Source: Mobula hypostoma (lineage: Eukaryota). From it: DNA of 64,000 bases. The position numbers and the translations under genes are program-made. Under the pieces are notes generated by a model. The model made no database searches. It was not told where the DNA came from and was given only the letters and a program-made list of their open reading frames with translations. Shown piece after piece: positions 1 to 13,389 of the stretch; the first letter of the stretch is position 1; each line of letters begins with the position of its first letter. The stretch covers positions 157,606,001 through 157,670,000 of the forward strand of contig NC_086097.1 in the NCBI RefSeq assembly GCF_963921235.1. Reading direction: 5' to 3'.

Positions 1-2116
1 AAATAATTATGCTGAATAAACTAATGGTGAGAGTCATTCGATTGGTAATGCAAGCAAATTCAGAAAATGAATAGCCACTGAATGTTACTGCCAGGAACTC
101 CATCAAAGCATGAGACCTGCATATTGGCCTACAGCTTCTATAAACAAGCAAGTACTGCAAAGGTGACTTGAATCTTAATAAATATAACAAAGAAAGAAAA
201 CCAAAGTTATTTTTATTTGATCAGGATGGAGTACCTCAGTGTACTGTAGAACAATTATAATATTACATTCAACTTGGTGAATTTCAATTCTTCCAAGCCA
301 CAAATAATTAACATTATATGAACATATCAAAAGAGTTAGAATATACTGGGTCCAAGAAAAAAGTCCTTGGCTTATTATGAAAGATCAGATAATGGACAAG
401 AACATTAAAGGTTCAAGGCTTGAAGCAACGCATACTGAACACTTGTGATTCCCCCAATCACAAGGGAAGACCAGAAAAACAAAACTTTCCTAAATTCAGA
501 CAAAATTAATGCACCTGGAAAAAGAGATTTGAGGAAGTTAATAAGTGAAGAAGACTAGAAAGGTGACTTTGTGGAACAGTGATTATTCCTCTTAGAGAGC
601 TGTTGGATTCTGGGAAACAGCAGAGGTGAAAAGTGCTAAATTCTGTCCCCAACCCAGCAAAGAAAACAGAACCACTTTCATTAAAACTTTGATAATCTGG
701 TATGCTGTTGGCCAGAAACACTGATCATTTAGAGTTTGGTTAATTTGTTAGTTCTGAGCAAGGGTCGGGGTCTGGAATGTGAACAGGATGTGTAGCTGAA
801 GTTAATCTTTTTGTCTAGCTGAAACATACATATTAAAACCTACCAGGTCATATTTTCCTACTAGCTCCTTTAAAGTCACTGGAAAAAAAAACATTTTCTC
901 ACTATAAAAATGTGAAGCTGAAGTGTTATAAACAGGTGTAATTTTCAACGGTTCAGAAAATTGTGAATCTGACAGAAGCAAAGTCAAGAAGGTGCTGGAT
1001 TATAAAATAAACTGCTGAAACTTCAAGCATTCATGATAAAAGTACAGAAGAAGGAATTCGCATGGATTCCAGTTATGCCTGCCTGTTTTTCGACTACATG
1101 GAACAGTTTATGTTCCAAGCCTACACTGGTGACTATCGTGCTCTTTTCCTATGCGACGATGACTGAATTGGTCACCCATGGGGAACTCGTTGACTTCATT
1201 CACTTTGCCTCCTTCTTCCATACTGCCCTCAAATTTACCTGGTCCATTTCTGACACTACCTTCGCCTTTCTCCACCTCTCTGTCTCCATCTCTGGAGACA
1301 GCTTATTTATGGATGTCTGTGACAAACCCACTCTCACAGCTACCTGGAGTATACCTCTTCCTACCCTGTTACTTATAAAAATCCCATCCTCTTCTCTCAA
1401 TTCCTCCATCTCTTCCGCATCTGCTCTCAGGATGAGGCTTTTCATTCTAGAACGAAGGAGGTGTCCTCCTTCTTCAAAGAAAGGGGCTTACCTTCCTCCA
1501 CCATTAATGCTGCCCTCAACCGCATCTCTTTCATTTAATGCATGCCTGCTCTTACCCCATTCCCCCACCACTCTACCAGGGACAGGGTTTCTCTTGTCCT
1601 CACCTACCACCCCACCAGCCTCCACGTCCAGCACATAATCCCCCGCAACTTCCACCATCTCCAACCAGATCTCACCACCAAACACATCTTCCCCTTCCCC
1701 CACTTTCTGCTTTCCGAAGGGATCTCGCCCTACCCGACTCCCTTTTCCATTTGTCCCTCCCCACTGATCTCTCTCCTGGCACTTACCTTTGCAAGCAGAA
1801 CAAGTGCTACAGCTGCCCTACACCTCCTCCCTCACTACCATTCAGGGCCCCAGACAGTCCTTCCAAGTGAGACGACACTTCACCTGTGAGTCTGTTGGGG
1901 TCATATACGGTGTCTGGTGCTCCTGGTGTGGCCTTCTGTACATCAGTGAGACCTGATGTAGATTTGGAGATCGCTTCGCCAAGCACCTATGCTCCATCTG
2001 CAAGAAAAAATGGGATCTCCCAATGGCCACCCATTTATATTCCCATTCTGATATGTCTATGCATGGCCTCCTCCATGTCGTGATAAGGCCACCCTCACTC
2101 AGGTTGGAGGAACAAC

Positions 2117-3375
2117 GTTAATGATACAGCAAGGCATCTGGAAAGAAATGGATCAATCAGGTAGACACAGCATAGATTCAGCAAAGGCAGGTCCTGTTTG
2201 ACAATCTTACTGGAATTTTTTGAGAATATAATAAGCACAGTGGATAGAGGGGAACAGATGGACATTATTTACTTAGATTTCCAGAAGGCATTCGATAAAG
2301 TGCTGCATTAAAGACTTATCCATAACATAAGGATGCATAGAGTTGGGGGTGATGCATCAGCATGTATAGAGGATTGGTTAACTAATAGAAAGCAGAGAGT
2401 GGGATACATGGGTATTACTCTGGTTGGCGATCAGTGGTGAGTTGTGTGCCTCAGGCGCAGTGCTGGGCCCACAACTGTTCATGATATACATTAATGATCT
2501 GGATGAGGGGAACAAGTGTATTGTATCTAATTTTGCCGATGAAACTAAATTGAGTGGAAAAGTAAATTGTGCAGAAGATATGGAGAGTCTGCAGACAAAT
2601 ATAGATAGGTTAAGTCAATGGGCAAGGGTCTGGCAGATTGAGTACAATGTTGGTAAATGCAAGGTCTTCCACTTTGGAAAGAAAAATGGAAGATCAGATT
2701 ATTCTTTAAATGGTAAAAAATTGCAGCATGCTGCTGTTCAAAGGGACTTGGAAGTGCTTGTGCATGAATCACAAAAGGTTGGTTTACAGATGCAGCAGGC
2801 TACCAAGAAGGCAAATGGAACATTGGCCCTCATTGCTAGAAGGATTGAATTTAAGCGCAGGGAGGTTACGCTGCAACTGTACAGGATACTGGTGAGGCCA
2901 CACATGCAGTACTGCATGCTGATTCCAAAGATGAGGGGGTTAGACTCTGAGCAGAGATTGAGTTGTCTGGGACTGTACTCACTGGAATTCAGAAGAATGA
3001 AAGGAGATCTTATAGAAACATATAAAATTTTGAAAGGGATAGGTAAGATAGAGGCAGGAAAGTTGTTTCCACTGGTAAGTGAGACTAGAACTGGGGGACA
3101 TAGCTTCAAGATTCGGGGAAGTAGATTTAGGACGGAGATGAGGAGGTGGTGAATCTGTGGAATTCTCTGCCCAATGAAGCAGTGGAGGATACCTCAGTAA
3201 ATATATTTACGACAAGGTTGGATAGATTTTTGCATAGTAGGGGAATTAAGGATTATGGGGGAAAGACAGGTAGGTGAAGATGAGTCCATGACCAAATCAG
3301 CCATGATCTTATTGAATGGCAGAGCAGGCTTGACAGGCCAGATGGCCAGCTCCTGCTCCTATTTCTTATATTCTA
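2117..3375 (+). mobile_element. CR1 LINE, 5'-truncated, nested in the Penelope element
   Basis: ORF 2424..3152 has GAVLGPQLFMIYINDLD, FADET, LVRPH, RRMKGDLIETYKI. CR1-type 3' UTR ends ctcctatttcttatattct. Confidence 0.92.
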
Positions 3376-3806
3376 AAACTTTATATTCCATCTGGGTAGC
3401 CTCCAACCCAATGGCATGAACACTGGTTTCTTGAACTTCTGTTAATGTCCCCCCCACCTCACCATTCCCCATCCCCTTGTCCCTCTCTTACCTTATCTCC
3501 TTGCCCACCCATTGCCTCCCTATGGTGCTCTTCCCCCCTTTCTTTCTTCCATGGCCCTCTGTCCTCTTCTATCAGATTCCTCCTTCTCCAGCCCTGTATC
3601 TCTTTCACCAATGAACTTCCCAGATCTTTACTTCATCCCTCCCCCTTCAGCTTTCACCTGTCACCTTGCGTTTCTCTCTCCCCTCCCTCCATCTCTTATA
3701 TCTACTCCTCAGTTTTTTTTCCAGTCCTGATGACAGGACTCAGTCCAAAACATCAACTGTTTGCTCTTTTCAATAGATGCTGTCTGGCCTGCTGAGTTCC
3801 TCCAGC

Positions 3807-3808
<2 letters not shown>

Positions 3809-3852
<44 letters not shown>
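3809..3852 (+). repeat. (TG)22 microsatellite
   Basis: Perfect TG run at the position of the short tgtgtgtg seed of the Penelope terminal repeat. Confidence 0.97.
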
Positions 3853-3854
<2 letters not shown>

Positions 3855-4879
3855 GCTCGGACTTCCAGCATCTGCAGATTTTCTCGTTTATGATTAGAGC
3901 CTATTTTATCAACCTGAATGACTTCATTAAGAAATTAATATTGAATCTGCAATGTAGGTAACCAGACAAACAAAAGTTCTTGAAATTTCATAAGCCCAAC
4001 TATAAGAGTTAAGGGAAATTATTTGGATATGAAATTTGGTGAAAACATATAAGAAAATGAGAAACAAAAGTATGAGTAGGTAATTTAGCCCTTGCATCTC
4101 CTGTATCCTTCAGAGAATTATATTATATTTATAGGCCCATTGAGTCCATATCAGCTGACCAGTGCATTCTCATCAGTTCTATCTTCCACTTACTGCAGTG
4201 ACTATTCCTTCTCACACGCCCATTGACTATGCCATATTTCTCTTGCTATCCACCTACACAAAGGGTATATGCAGTGATTAATTTATTTACCAACCAGAAA
4301 GTATTTGGAATGGAGAAAGAATCCCACCTGGTCACAGGGAGAAGGTGCAGTCTCCACACAAATGGCAGTACATGCCCGGATCGATCTTGAATCTTTAAGC
4401 TGTGAGGTGTGGATCTAATCCAGTGTGATTCATATCACTTTCCCACACTCTCCCCTTTTTCTTGATTCTCTGTCAAATGACTATCTATTTCTGCCACATA
4501 TAGTTCAAAACTAATCCAGCACAGCTCCCTGGGCTCACAAATTTCAAAATTTCATGATGCTGTGAGAGAAGAAATTCCTCATGTTCTAATTTGAATAACA
4601 AAGATCCTTTCACCGCCCATACTAAGATACTAGACTCCTTCATGCAAAAAACTAGTAAAAGTTGCCCTCTGCCTTGGACTAGATAACTGCAGACATGGGA
4701 GCTATGGGTGTGAAAAGGTTATGAATCAGAGGGAGAGTTTTACTGCAGGCAGAAGCTATAGGCAGTGAAGACGAGGGCGGTAAATCTGACCCATCATTAA
4801 CTTTCAGAGATTGGATCAGCTTCAAGGAAAGTAATGGGCATTAAAAACCAATGAGTTCTACATCAGTGGTGGGCAGAGA

Positions 4880-5820
4880 AGGAGTATATGAGCATTTGGA
4901 GAAGCATAGTTTGATTAGGGATAGTCAGTTCGGCTTTGTGAGGAAGAGACTAAACAAGTTAATGAAGGTAGAGCAGTCGATGTTTTTATATAGATTTTTA
5001 GATGCTTGACAAGGTTCGCACGGCACACTCATTCAGAAAATTTGGAGGCCTAAGATCCTAGGAAAGTTAGCTGCATGGATTCAGAGTTGCCCTGCCCACA
5101 GAAGACAGAGGATGATAGTAGATGGAGGATCTTCCACCTGGAGATTGGTGATCACTGGCATCCCTCAGGTACTTAATCTGGGAACCATGCTCTTTGTAAT
5201 TATTATAAATTACTTGGATGAAGAAGTGAATGTGCCAGTTACTAAGTTTGCAGATGACATGAAGTGATAGGCAGGACATTGAAAGGATGGAGAACTGGGC
5301 TAAAAAGTGGCAGATGGAGTTCAACCTTGAAAAGCGTGAAATGATGCACTTTGGAATGTCAGACTTGACAGATAATGGTAGCATTCTTAGCAGTGTAGAG
5401 AAACAGGGATCTCGGGGTCCACATCCATAGATCGCTTAAAGTTGCCATGCAAATTGACAGCATGATTAAAATGTTGAATGGAGTGTTGACCATCATTAGT
5501 CAGGAGAATAAGGTCAAGAGCTCCAGGGTAATGTTGCAGCTCTATAAAACTCTGGTTAGACAAACCATGCAATATTGTGTTCCCTTCAGGTTGCCTTGTA
5601 GTATGAAGGACGTGCAGAGGAGATTTACCAGAATGCTGCCTGGATTGTCTTATGAGGATAGGTTGAGCAAGCGAGGGCTTTTCTCTTTGGAGCAAAAGAG
5701 TATGAAAAGTGACTTTATAGAGATGTACAAGATGACAAGAGGCATAGGTAGAGTAGATAGCCAGAGACCTTTCTCCCAGGGTGAAAATAGCTAATATGAG
5801 AGGGCATAATTTTATGGTGA
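4880..5820 (+). mobile_element. Decayed CR1 LINE RT fragment
   Basis: KFADD remnant; LQLYKTLVRQ, QRRFTRMLPGL (ORF 5447..5794). Confidence 0.85.
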
Positions 5821-7360
5821 TCTGAATGAATACGCAATGGTTGTCACAGACTCCATTAAAACATTTGTAGATGAGTGTGTCCCCACAAAATCATTCAATC
5901 TACTCCAACAAGAAGCCCTGGATGAACCATAAGACTCACAATCTGCTGAGTGCCAGGCTATAGGCATTCAAGTCTGGTGACCAAGAAAGTTACAAGAAGT
6001 CTAACTCATGGGAATGGAGCAATTCTGGACTAAACTTGAATCAACAAAGGGCACTCGACAGTTGTGGCAGAGCTTGAATACTGTCATCGCTTATAAAGTT
6101 AAATCAAGTGACAAAGGCGACAACAGGACTTTACTCCAGATCAGCTCAATGTCTTCTCTGCTTGTTTTGACCCTCAAAACATGGAGGAACCACCACAAAC
6201 TCCCACAGTCCCCTATAGTCCTGTGATCCTCTGAGGCCAACGTGTGAGCAGCTTTCAGGAGGGTTAACATAAATGCATACAGCCCAGATGGGGTACCTGG
6301 CCAAGTAGTAAGGCCCGCACTGATCAATTGGCCTAAGTGTTCACTGAGATCTTTAAACTCTTGCTTCAAGCAGCCTTCACTCATAGCACTGCCCAAGAAG
6401 AACATAGTAACCTGCCTTACTATGCAGATCCAGTAGCACTTACAACCACAGTGATGATGTGTTTCGAGAGGCTGGTTGTGAAACATATCAACTCCTCCCC
6501 GGGAAGCAACTTTGATCCTCTCCAAATGCTCACCAGAGCAAAAGGTCCACAGCAGATGCCATCTCATTGACACTTCACTCAACCCTGGAACATCTGGACA
6601 GCAAAGATGCATACATCAGGATGCTCTTTATTGAGTAAAGCTTGGCACTCAGTACCATAATCCCCTTATAACTAATCAATAAGCTTCACGACCTGGACCT
6701 CAATACATTCTTGCACAGTTGTATTCTCAATTTCCTCACTTGCAAACCCTAGACAGCTTGGATTGGCAACAACACCTCCTCCACAATCTCTATCAGCACA
6801 GGTGCACCATAAGGCTGTGTGCTTAGTCTCCTGGTCTATACAGTTAACATTTATGACTGTGTTGCTAAGCGCAGCTCCAAAGCCACATTCAATTTCACTG
6901 ATGACACTGCTGTCATAGGTGGTGACGAATCAGCATTTAGGAGCAAGATTAAGAATCTGGTTGAGTGGTACTATAACAACAATTTTCTACTCAATATCAG
7001 CAAGACCAAGGAACTGATTATTGACTTCAGGAGAAAGATACTAGAGGTCAAGGAGGATCAGAGTTGGAGAGGGTCAACAACTTTAAGTTCTTGAGTGTTA
7101 TTGTTTCAGAGGATATGTCTTGGGCCCAGCATGTAAGTGCAGTTACAAAGAAAGCATGGCAGTATCTCTATTTCCTTAGGAGTTTGTGAAGATTTGGCAC
7201 ATCCACATCATGTTCTCTTTTCACTGCTACCATCAGGAATGCAGTACAGGAGCCTCATATATGGTAGCGTGGGACCTATGGCTTTTGTATCTCCTGCCTG
7301 ATGGAATGAGCGAGAAGAGGGCATGGTCTGGATGGTAGGGATCTTTGATAATGCCACCAT
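5821..7360 (+). mobile_element. Rex1/Babar-type LINE fragment, decayed; last ~100 bp is an inverted piece
   Basis: PVALTTTVMMCFERLV, FDPLQ, FTDDT and NISKTKELIIDFRRK motifs (ORFs 6337, 6819). Confidence 0.85.
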
Positions 7361-7369
7361 CATAGAAGG

Positions 7370-7905
7370 TACTTCTGAAGACGTACTTAGAGTATTGTGC
7401 ACTATTTTGATCCCATTATTTAGGAAAGCATACAATGCTAATTGCTGGGATGAGAAGGTTACCCTATCAATAATAGCAAAAGAAAATAAATATATATTCT
7501 TTGAAGTTCCGGAGAATGTGCTGTAAATTTCTATGCTCCATGTTCTAATGAGTTGTGATCTCACATGTATGGCCCTTGAGGGGCATGACAGTGTAGATTG
7601 TGAGATATTTCCACAAGTGGAAGAATTGTAAATGAAGAACATAGGAGGCAGTCACTTAAAACTGAAAAGAATGGAACCTTCTCACAGAAAGTGGTGATTC
7701 TCAGGAATTTTCCATTCCAGGCTCATGTGGCAACTAGCTAATTAGAGGTATTTTGAAAGGAGGTGGGCAAATTTCTGAATGATAAGGGAATTGAGGATTA
7801 TGGGGAAGAGGAGGTAAGACCTGAGGGTGATCTACTATGACCTTGGCAGGATAGGCTTGAGAGGCTGAGTGACCTATTCGTGGTCCTATTTACATATATT
7901 CTATT
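7370..7905 (+). mobile_element. Old CR1 3' fragment
   Basis: ttctcacagaaagtggtgattctc..aattt..cc pattern and CR1-type 3' UTR (ggctgagtgacctattc). Confidence 0.6.
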
Positions 7906-8074
7906 TTTAAAATAGAAATCTTTATTCTTCCATCTATTCAGCCCTGAGCTAAGCTTCTGGCTCTACATCTTTTCTGTTCCAACACTATCGTACCCCAGGT
8001 CCTATTCTGCAACAGGTCATCTGCCAATGTAATCTTCTTCACTGCTTTGTCACCGCAAGACACAAGTGGCTTCT

Positions 8075-8490
8075 GCGGTGAAGAGCATTCTAACTGGATG
8101 CATCACAGCCTGGCGTGAAGCCTGCAATGCACAGGATCACATGAATTTTAAATTCATTACAGGCACAACCCACCTTCCCCTATAGAGGACACCTTAAAGA
8201 CTCGGTCGCTCAAGAAGGTGGCACCTATCATTAAGGACCCTCACCATCTGGGACATGCCCTCTTGATGTTACTATCGCCTGGGAGGTGGTGCAGGAACTT
8301 AAATACATACTGTCAAAGTTTTAGGAATAGTTTCTTTCCCTCTGCCATCAGATTTATGAACAACTCATGCCTATTTTTTCACCATTTGCACTATTTAATT
8401 TGATGATTTACAGTAATTTTTATATCTTGTACTGTATTGCTGCCACAAAACAACAAATTTGACAACATATGTCAGTGATATTAATTCTGT
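8075..8490 (+). mobile_element. Rex1-type 3' fragment
   Basis: IIKDPHHLGHALL..L.PGR..R....FRNSFFPSAIR (ORF 8218); tail acaacaaattt..catatgtcagtgatatt. Confidence 0.85.
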
Positions 8491-8644
8491 TTTGGTAAAT
8501 GTTAGTTTTGCCATAAAACATAGTGCCAATGCCTTACTTTTCTCAGCTGATTAACAATTAAAGAAAACATGCAAAACATGCTAAAGGAACACAAATAAAT
8601 TGGTCGGCAGGAAGACGGACCCTGATGGATTTAAAGAGGAAAGG

Positions 8645-9140
8645 GATAGAGTCAGACAGCTCAGAAATGAGTCATTTGGTCTAACTTCTTTATGCTGAGC
8701 AAATTCCCTACACGAGCTAGACCTATTTTTCTATCTTTGGCTTTTATCTTGCAAAACCTTTTCTTTCCAAATGTCTTTCAATTGCTTCAATTTTAGCAAA
8801 TCTACTTCCTCTGACGGTTCATTCCAGAAACCCATCATGCCCTGTGCGAAAAAAAGTTTAAATCTTTACCCACTCATTTTAAATCCATGCCCTCTAGTTT
8901 TCAGTTCTCATACCTTGGCATAAAGATTGTGATCTTATCTATTGTGACCTTATTCACCTTGTCTATACCCTTCATGATTTTATAGATGTGAATAAAGTCA
9001 CCCCTCAACCTCCTATGCTCCAGAGAAAAACCCAAATCTATCCTTTCTTGGAAATAGCCCTGTGAATCTTTGCTGTACTCTTTTCAGCTAAATGATATTT
9101 TCTTATATGGCTAGGTGACCAGAACAGCACACAAGGCGTA
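8645..9140 (-). mobile_element. CR1 3' fragment
   Basis: Reverse complement matches the CR1 ORF2 end and 3' UTR of other copies in the window. Confidence 0.7.
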
Positions 9141-10043
9141 TTTTTGAAATAGGCAAATAAATAACATCTCTTGTACAATCTGGAGAAGCATGAGATAATA
9201 CATTTTGCGAGGACACTTAATAAGAACTGATGGGTTTAATTGGTCAGATCAACTAAACTAAAAAATAATATGGATAAAGACTGGTTAATAACAATGTATA
9301 AAGGCAGAGAATCTATGGATCAATAAACACTTTCTCAAAGATAATGGCAAAGGCAGACAGTTGCAACAATTAAATGAAATCTGGATAAATACCTGAAGCT
9401 GAAGAAGGTACATGGTACATAGAGAGAAATAGCCAGTGTGATTATACTCTGGGATGCCCTCAAGCAGCAAAAGAATATTAGACAATTGTGACAGAAACAT
9501 TTCTTACCACTTGTCTCAAATGCACATTCTTGACTTTTACTAGCTCTTAATTTGCTTTCAACTTAATGATTGCTGATTTTATGGTTCAGATGAGCTTCTA
9601 TGTTATTTCAAATTTTTCATGAGGAGTTTGCCTATAAACATAAGCAACGTTATTTACAGTAGAAATGTAATAAGAGGGATGGAATGTAAGGCTCTCAAAT
9701 AGTAATGAATTATATCTGCATTTTTGATCCAATTATCCTACCATCTTTCACTTTGTTTAATCACAAGGCTACGTTGACTTTGACAGCGGAAGCCCATGTT
9801 TGGCATTGACTTCCCATGAGCAATGAAATGCAGGATCCAGAAGTTCACACTTAAAGAGTAAAATTCAAAAATAATGGATTCAATGGAGCTGATTACACCC
9901 AAGCATGAAGGAGGATTCGATCCAGAGCAAATAAAGATAATAATCACATACATGTCAGCCCTACACTTGGCAGGAAAGTTTCTCTGTCCTGAGTCCATCA
10001 TAGGGAAAAAGAGTAGGCTTAGATTGTATCACCTGAAATGAAT

Positions 10044-10141
10044 CCAATGCCAAACTGTCAGCAAACACCAATTATGCAGAACCCCGCCTTCATTTCTTCT
10101 GTAGAGGTTCCACCCACATGGTTACTTAGTTGTCTAGCAAC
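10044..10141. promoter_or_regulatory. Promoter-like motif cluster: 2x CCAAT, GC box, CACCC, RFX X-box
   Basis: CCAAT at 10044 and 10068, CCCCGCC at 10082, CCACCC ~10110, GTTGTCTAGCAAC at 10129-10141, all in non-repeat sequence. Confidence 0.45.
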
Positions 10142-10869
10142 AGTGGTTGGAGACCGACGGTGTGAAGCTCAACTGCTGTGAACTTCCTCCAGCAATTCCT
10201 ATTCTGATGCTAATGTTTTTTGCCTTCTGACACCTTGTCATGCCCTATCTAATAACTCCAATTATAAGCACCTGCCTTTGCTGATTCCCTTAAGAGCTGT
10301 GTTAATTTTTTACAGCAGCAGTGGATAAAAAGCTGTACTGCAAAACAAGCTCACACTTTTTACATTTTTTGTTTGCAGAAGTTGTGAAGTTGGGAGGAAA
10401 ATTTGTAAGTATTACCCTTGCTTGGCTCGGGGACAGTTGTGGCAGGTCTTGTTTATTAACCATGCAATCCTAATGGAGAAGCTGTCTTCTTATCTTTTAC
10501 TTCAGAATATCTGCGTTCATCTCACATTGGTGTACTGTTTCTGAGCGTAAACGTTTGATGATGACATCACTGGATCATATAACTAAGTGCCAATTATCAA
10601 CCACAAATGCAGTCTACAGCCTTAAAACTTTCTGGAATGCACAGATAGTTAATGTACTTGAGAATTCCTAATCCTCAAAGTAGATTGATAGTCCTGCTCC
10701 TCTAGGCCAATAGCTTTCAAAGAAAAAGCCTTACAGCTCACAATAGAAATCAAATAGTAACCTGGTTGTAATAAAGCTACACAATTGCCATAAGTAGACT
10801 GCACTGGACAATAAACCAAAGCCTTTTCTTCTCAATAAGGTTGATCTTAAAGACCTTATAGTCAATTTC

Positions 10870-11110
10870 AAAGAGCATCTGGAGAATTGAGCCCTGGGTT
10901 CGAGCCAATATTTATTCCTCCAGCAAACTCACTAACCTTCAGACTTAGTAGTCATTGTAACATGGCTGATATTTTCAGGTGTTTGTTTTGTCCAAGATGA
11001 TTGCTGCACTTCTTATAATCCAATAATAATTAAGCTTTTCGAAGTACTTTCTTGGTTATCAAGCAACTTGAGGCATCCTAAAGTTAACAGTAATGCAAGC
11101 ATTCATTTTA
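10870..11110 (+). mobile_element. Ancient Deu-domain SINE remnant (SacSINE1/AmnSINE1-like)
   Basis: gccaatatttattcctc..gtcattgtaacatggctg..gaagtactttcttggtt..taatgcaagc resembles the recalled Deu-SINE core and tail. Confidence 0.55.
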
Positions 11111-13389
11111 ATATAGCTTTACGATTACAGACTAGAGATGAAGATACTATCTACTTTAATGTAAATACAGCGAGTGCAGGGAACTATCTTTTTCCCATCC
11201 TGTTTCTGGGTACACTTCAAATAATATCAAGAAAATTATCTTCAACATTTCCCTTCCACCATTCCAATTCTAAATCATCCTCATGTCCCAGGGCTAGATT
11301 CTAGGAATTATTTTTTTTCCAAAAAAGGCAAGCTGACAGAAGGAGTGTGTTCACACTAGGAAGTACTAGTTTTGACATTATCTTCATTGCTGATAATGCT
11401 AAAATGTACTGTTCATCATTGGGAATGCAGAAATGACCTTCACATTAAATTATACACACTTCAATGTAAGAAACATGACTTCGTATTTCAACTAAATGTT
11501 GTTGCACATTGTGTGATGGTAATATACTTATGTTAAAGCACCCTGATATCTCTATCAATCATGGTTCATTGGACTTATAAAATAAATAAATAAAATATAA
11601 AATAAAGTTTAAGTATCTTTTTAGCCTACTTGACACTTTGCAGTTGCTTGCTGAAATATACAATCAATGTCAAAGACTTGAACATTAATATTAATCTGAA
11701 GAATCAAAATTATTACGTCAGTCTGTCTTTCATATATCGGCGTTAGTTGTGCTTTAGTTGTGGCACTCTCATCTCTGAGTGACAACAGTACAGATTTAAA
11801 TCCAGAGATTTAAGCCACAGAAATGTAAGCTGTCACTTAGTCAATCTCTTCCTTGCTTAAATAACTTTTGAAAAGTAAATGAATAATTACAAAAATATTA
11901 AGTAAAAAACAAGATGATGATTAAGAAAACATACATTATTGCTTTTTTGGTTATGAGTCAGTATTTATAAATGTTACTGTATGTGTTGATGCCTTTTAAA
12001 AAGCAACTTAATGAAGTTGCCTCCACTCAGAAAAAAATTTCACCAAGTGGAAGACGCACGAGCTCTATTAAGTAGAAACCTGTTGGTCACATATAGCAGA
12101 GAGGTATCTCATTAAAGAGGCTGTTCAGGACTGGAAACCAGGATGAGGATAAGATTACTTGTTCATGATGTTAACAAGAATACTGAAATACTGCAACATT
12201 TTGCTGACAAATCTTTGATAAACTATAGACTTTTTTTTAGAAATGGCTATTCATTTAAATTTCAGAAGGTTAAAGTGGATGGCATCTGAAAATGAGCACA
12301 GGGACAATGATGCTTAATTATTCTCTGCCTGGTTAATATGCTGTGGGGAGAACAGACTGTGTGTTTATAACAATTGCTGTGAACAGCCGTTTAGCAGTTT
12401 GATCTATAATGTTTAATCCTTCTATACATCAACAGGAGGATCAATATTGTTTCTGTACAACGCTGGATGCACTTTTCAATGGGCAGGACCATCCTAGATG
12501 CTAGAGTTTATCAGTACAAGTTTGGCAGATAGCAAGGGATAGAGAAAGGGTGAGAAAGGGAGGTAGAGATAGATTGATCTAAGGTTTCTCTGTACTATAT
12601 TACAACAATTTCAATGACCTCACACTCATGATTGAGATCAGTAAACATACATGTATCCTACCAAACTCATCACTAGCCTTTGACAATATTCAGAATCACT
12701 ATATTCAGATCAGTCACCTGTCCATAACCTTCTTCCATTAGGAATCACAGTATTGATTCAGACACTTCTCACCTACATGCTTTACACAGCTGTAAAACTC
12801 ACACACCCCATCTTATAACACACCTAAAAATAGACTGTTACAATCATATCACTTTAAAAAAATCTACATGCTGCTCTACAACCAACATCTCTTTGGAGAA
12901 AAAGGTGGCACAACCAGAGAGGTTTGGATGGCATATTCTAATTCTCATTGAAGAAATAGGTCAAGCCATTACAGAAAAGCCATTGTTAAGGCATCACCCA
13001 ACAGATTTGAATCCATTAAAAATGAAAGTACTTTCAGATCTAATCCTCAGTGAGACTTCTCTCTTAAGCCAATCACTATTATCTTTCAAACTGTGGAAGG
13101 CAGCATAATCATGTACATCTCCGTTCCATATTTTTCTTCCTTAGCCTTATGCCCTTTCTCCATTCAGATACTTAAGAACTGTAATATGCCTAGGCAGTGG
13201 AGGACAGTAATGACAAAGACATACATCCCCTGCTTTCACACTCAGAGCAATGCACATTATATGTAAAGGATAACACAGAGGCAGCAACTGCTTATGATGA
13301 GATACTATGCAAAAGAGGCTGGGGGCAAAGATGATCCAAGTGCCAACTTGTCTGAGGGCAAGGTTAAATCACCTTCTGCTTCAGTGGAT

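Larger units (their letters stand above)
1058..3890 (+). mobile_element. Penelope-like element, decayed, split by a CR1 (pieces ~1058-2116 and ~3378-3890)
   Basis: RT remnants (HTALKFTWSISDTTFAFLHLSVSISGD, LVLTYHP) and GIY-YIG remnant (FTCESVGVIY..C..CGLLYISET). The 3' terminal repeat has a degenerate hammerhead (cagtc ctgatga...aaaacatcaactg, ~3722-3760). Sequence resumes across the CR1 (ggaggaacaac | ctttatattcc). Confidence 0.85.

Noticed and set aside
480..1050. Purine-rich, coding-looking plus-strand stretch
   Set aside because: Stops in all frames and no recognisable homology.
1033..2083. Several long overlapping ORFs (up to 201 aa)
   Set aside because: Frameshifted Penelope RT/GIY-YIG pieces and C-rich alternative frames, not host genes.
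9330..9370. Minus-strand SAFAII resembling the GPS STFAIL motif
   Set aside because: No upstream C-x-C or W..GC, no splice sites, and a stop soon after; looks like decayed repeat.
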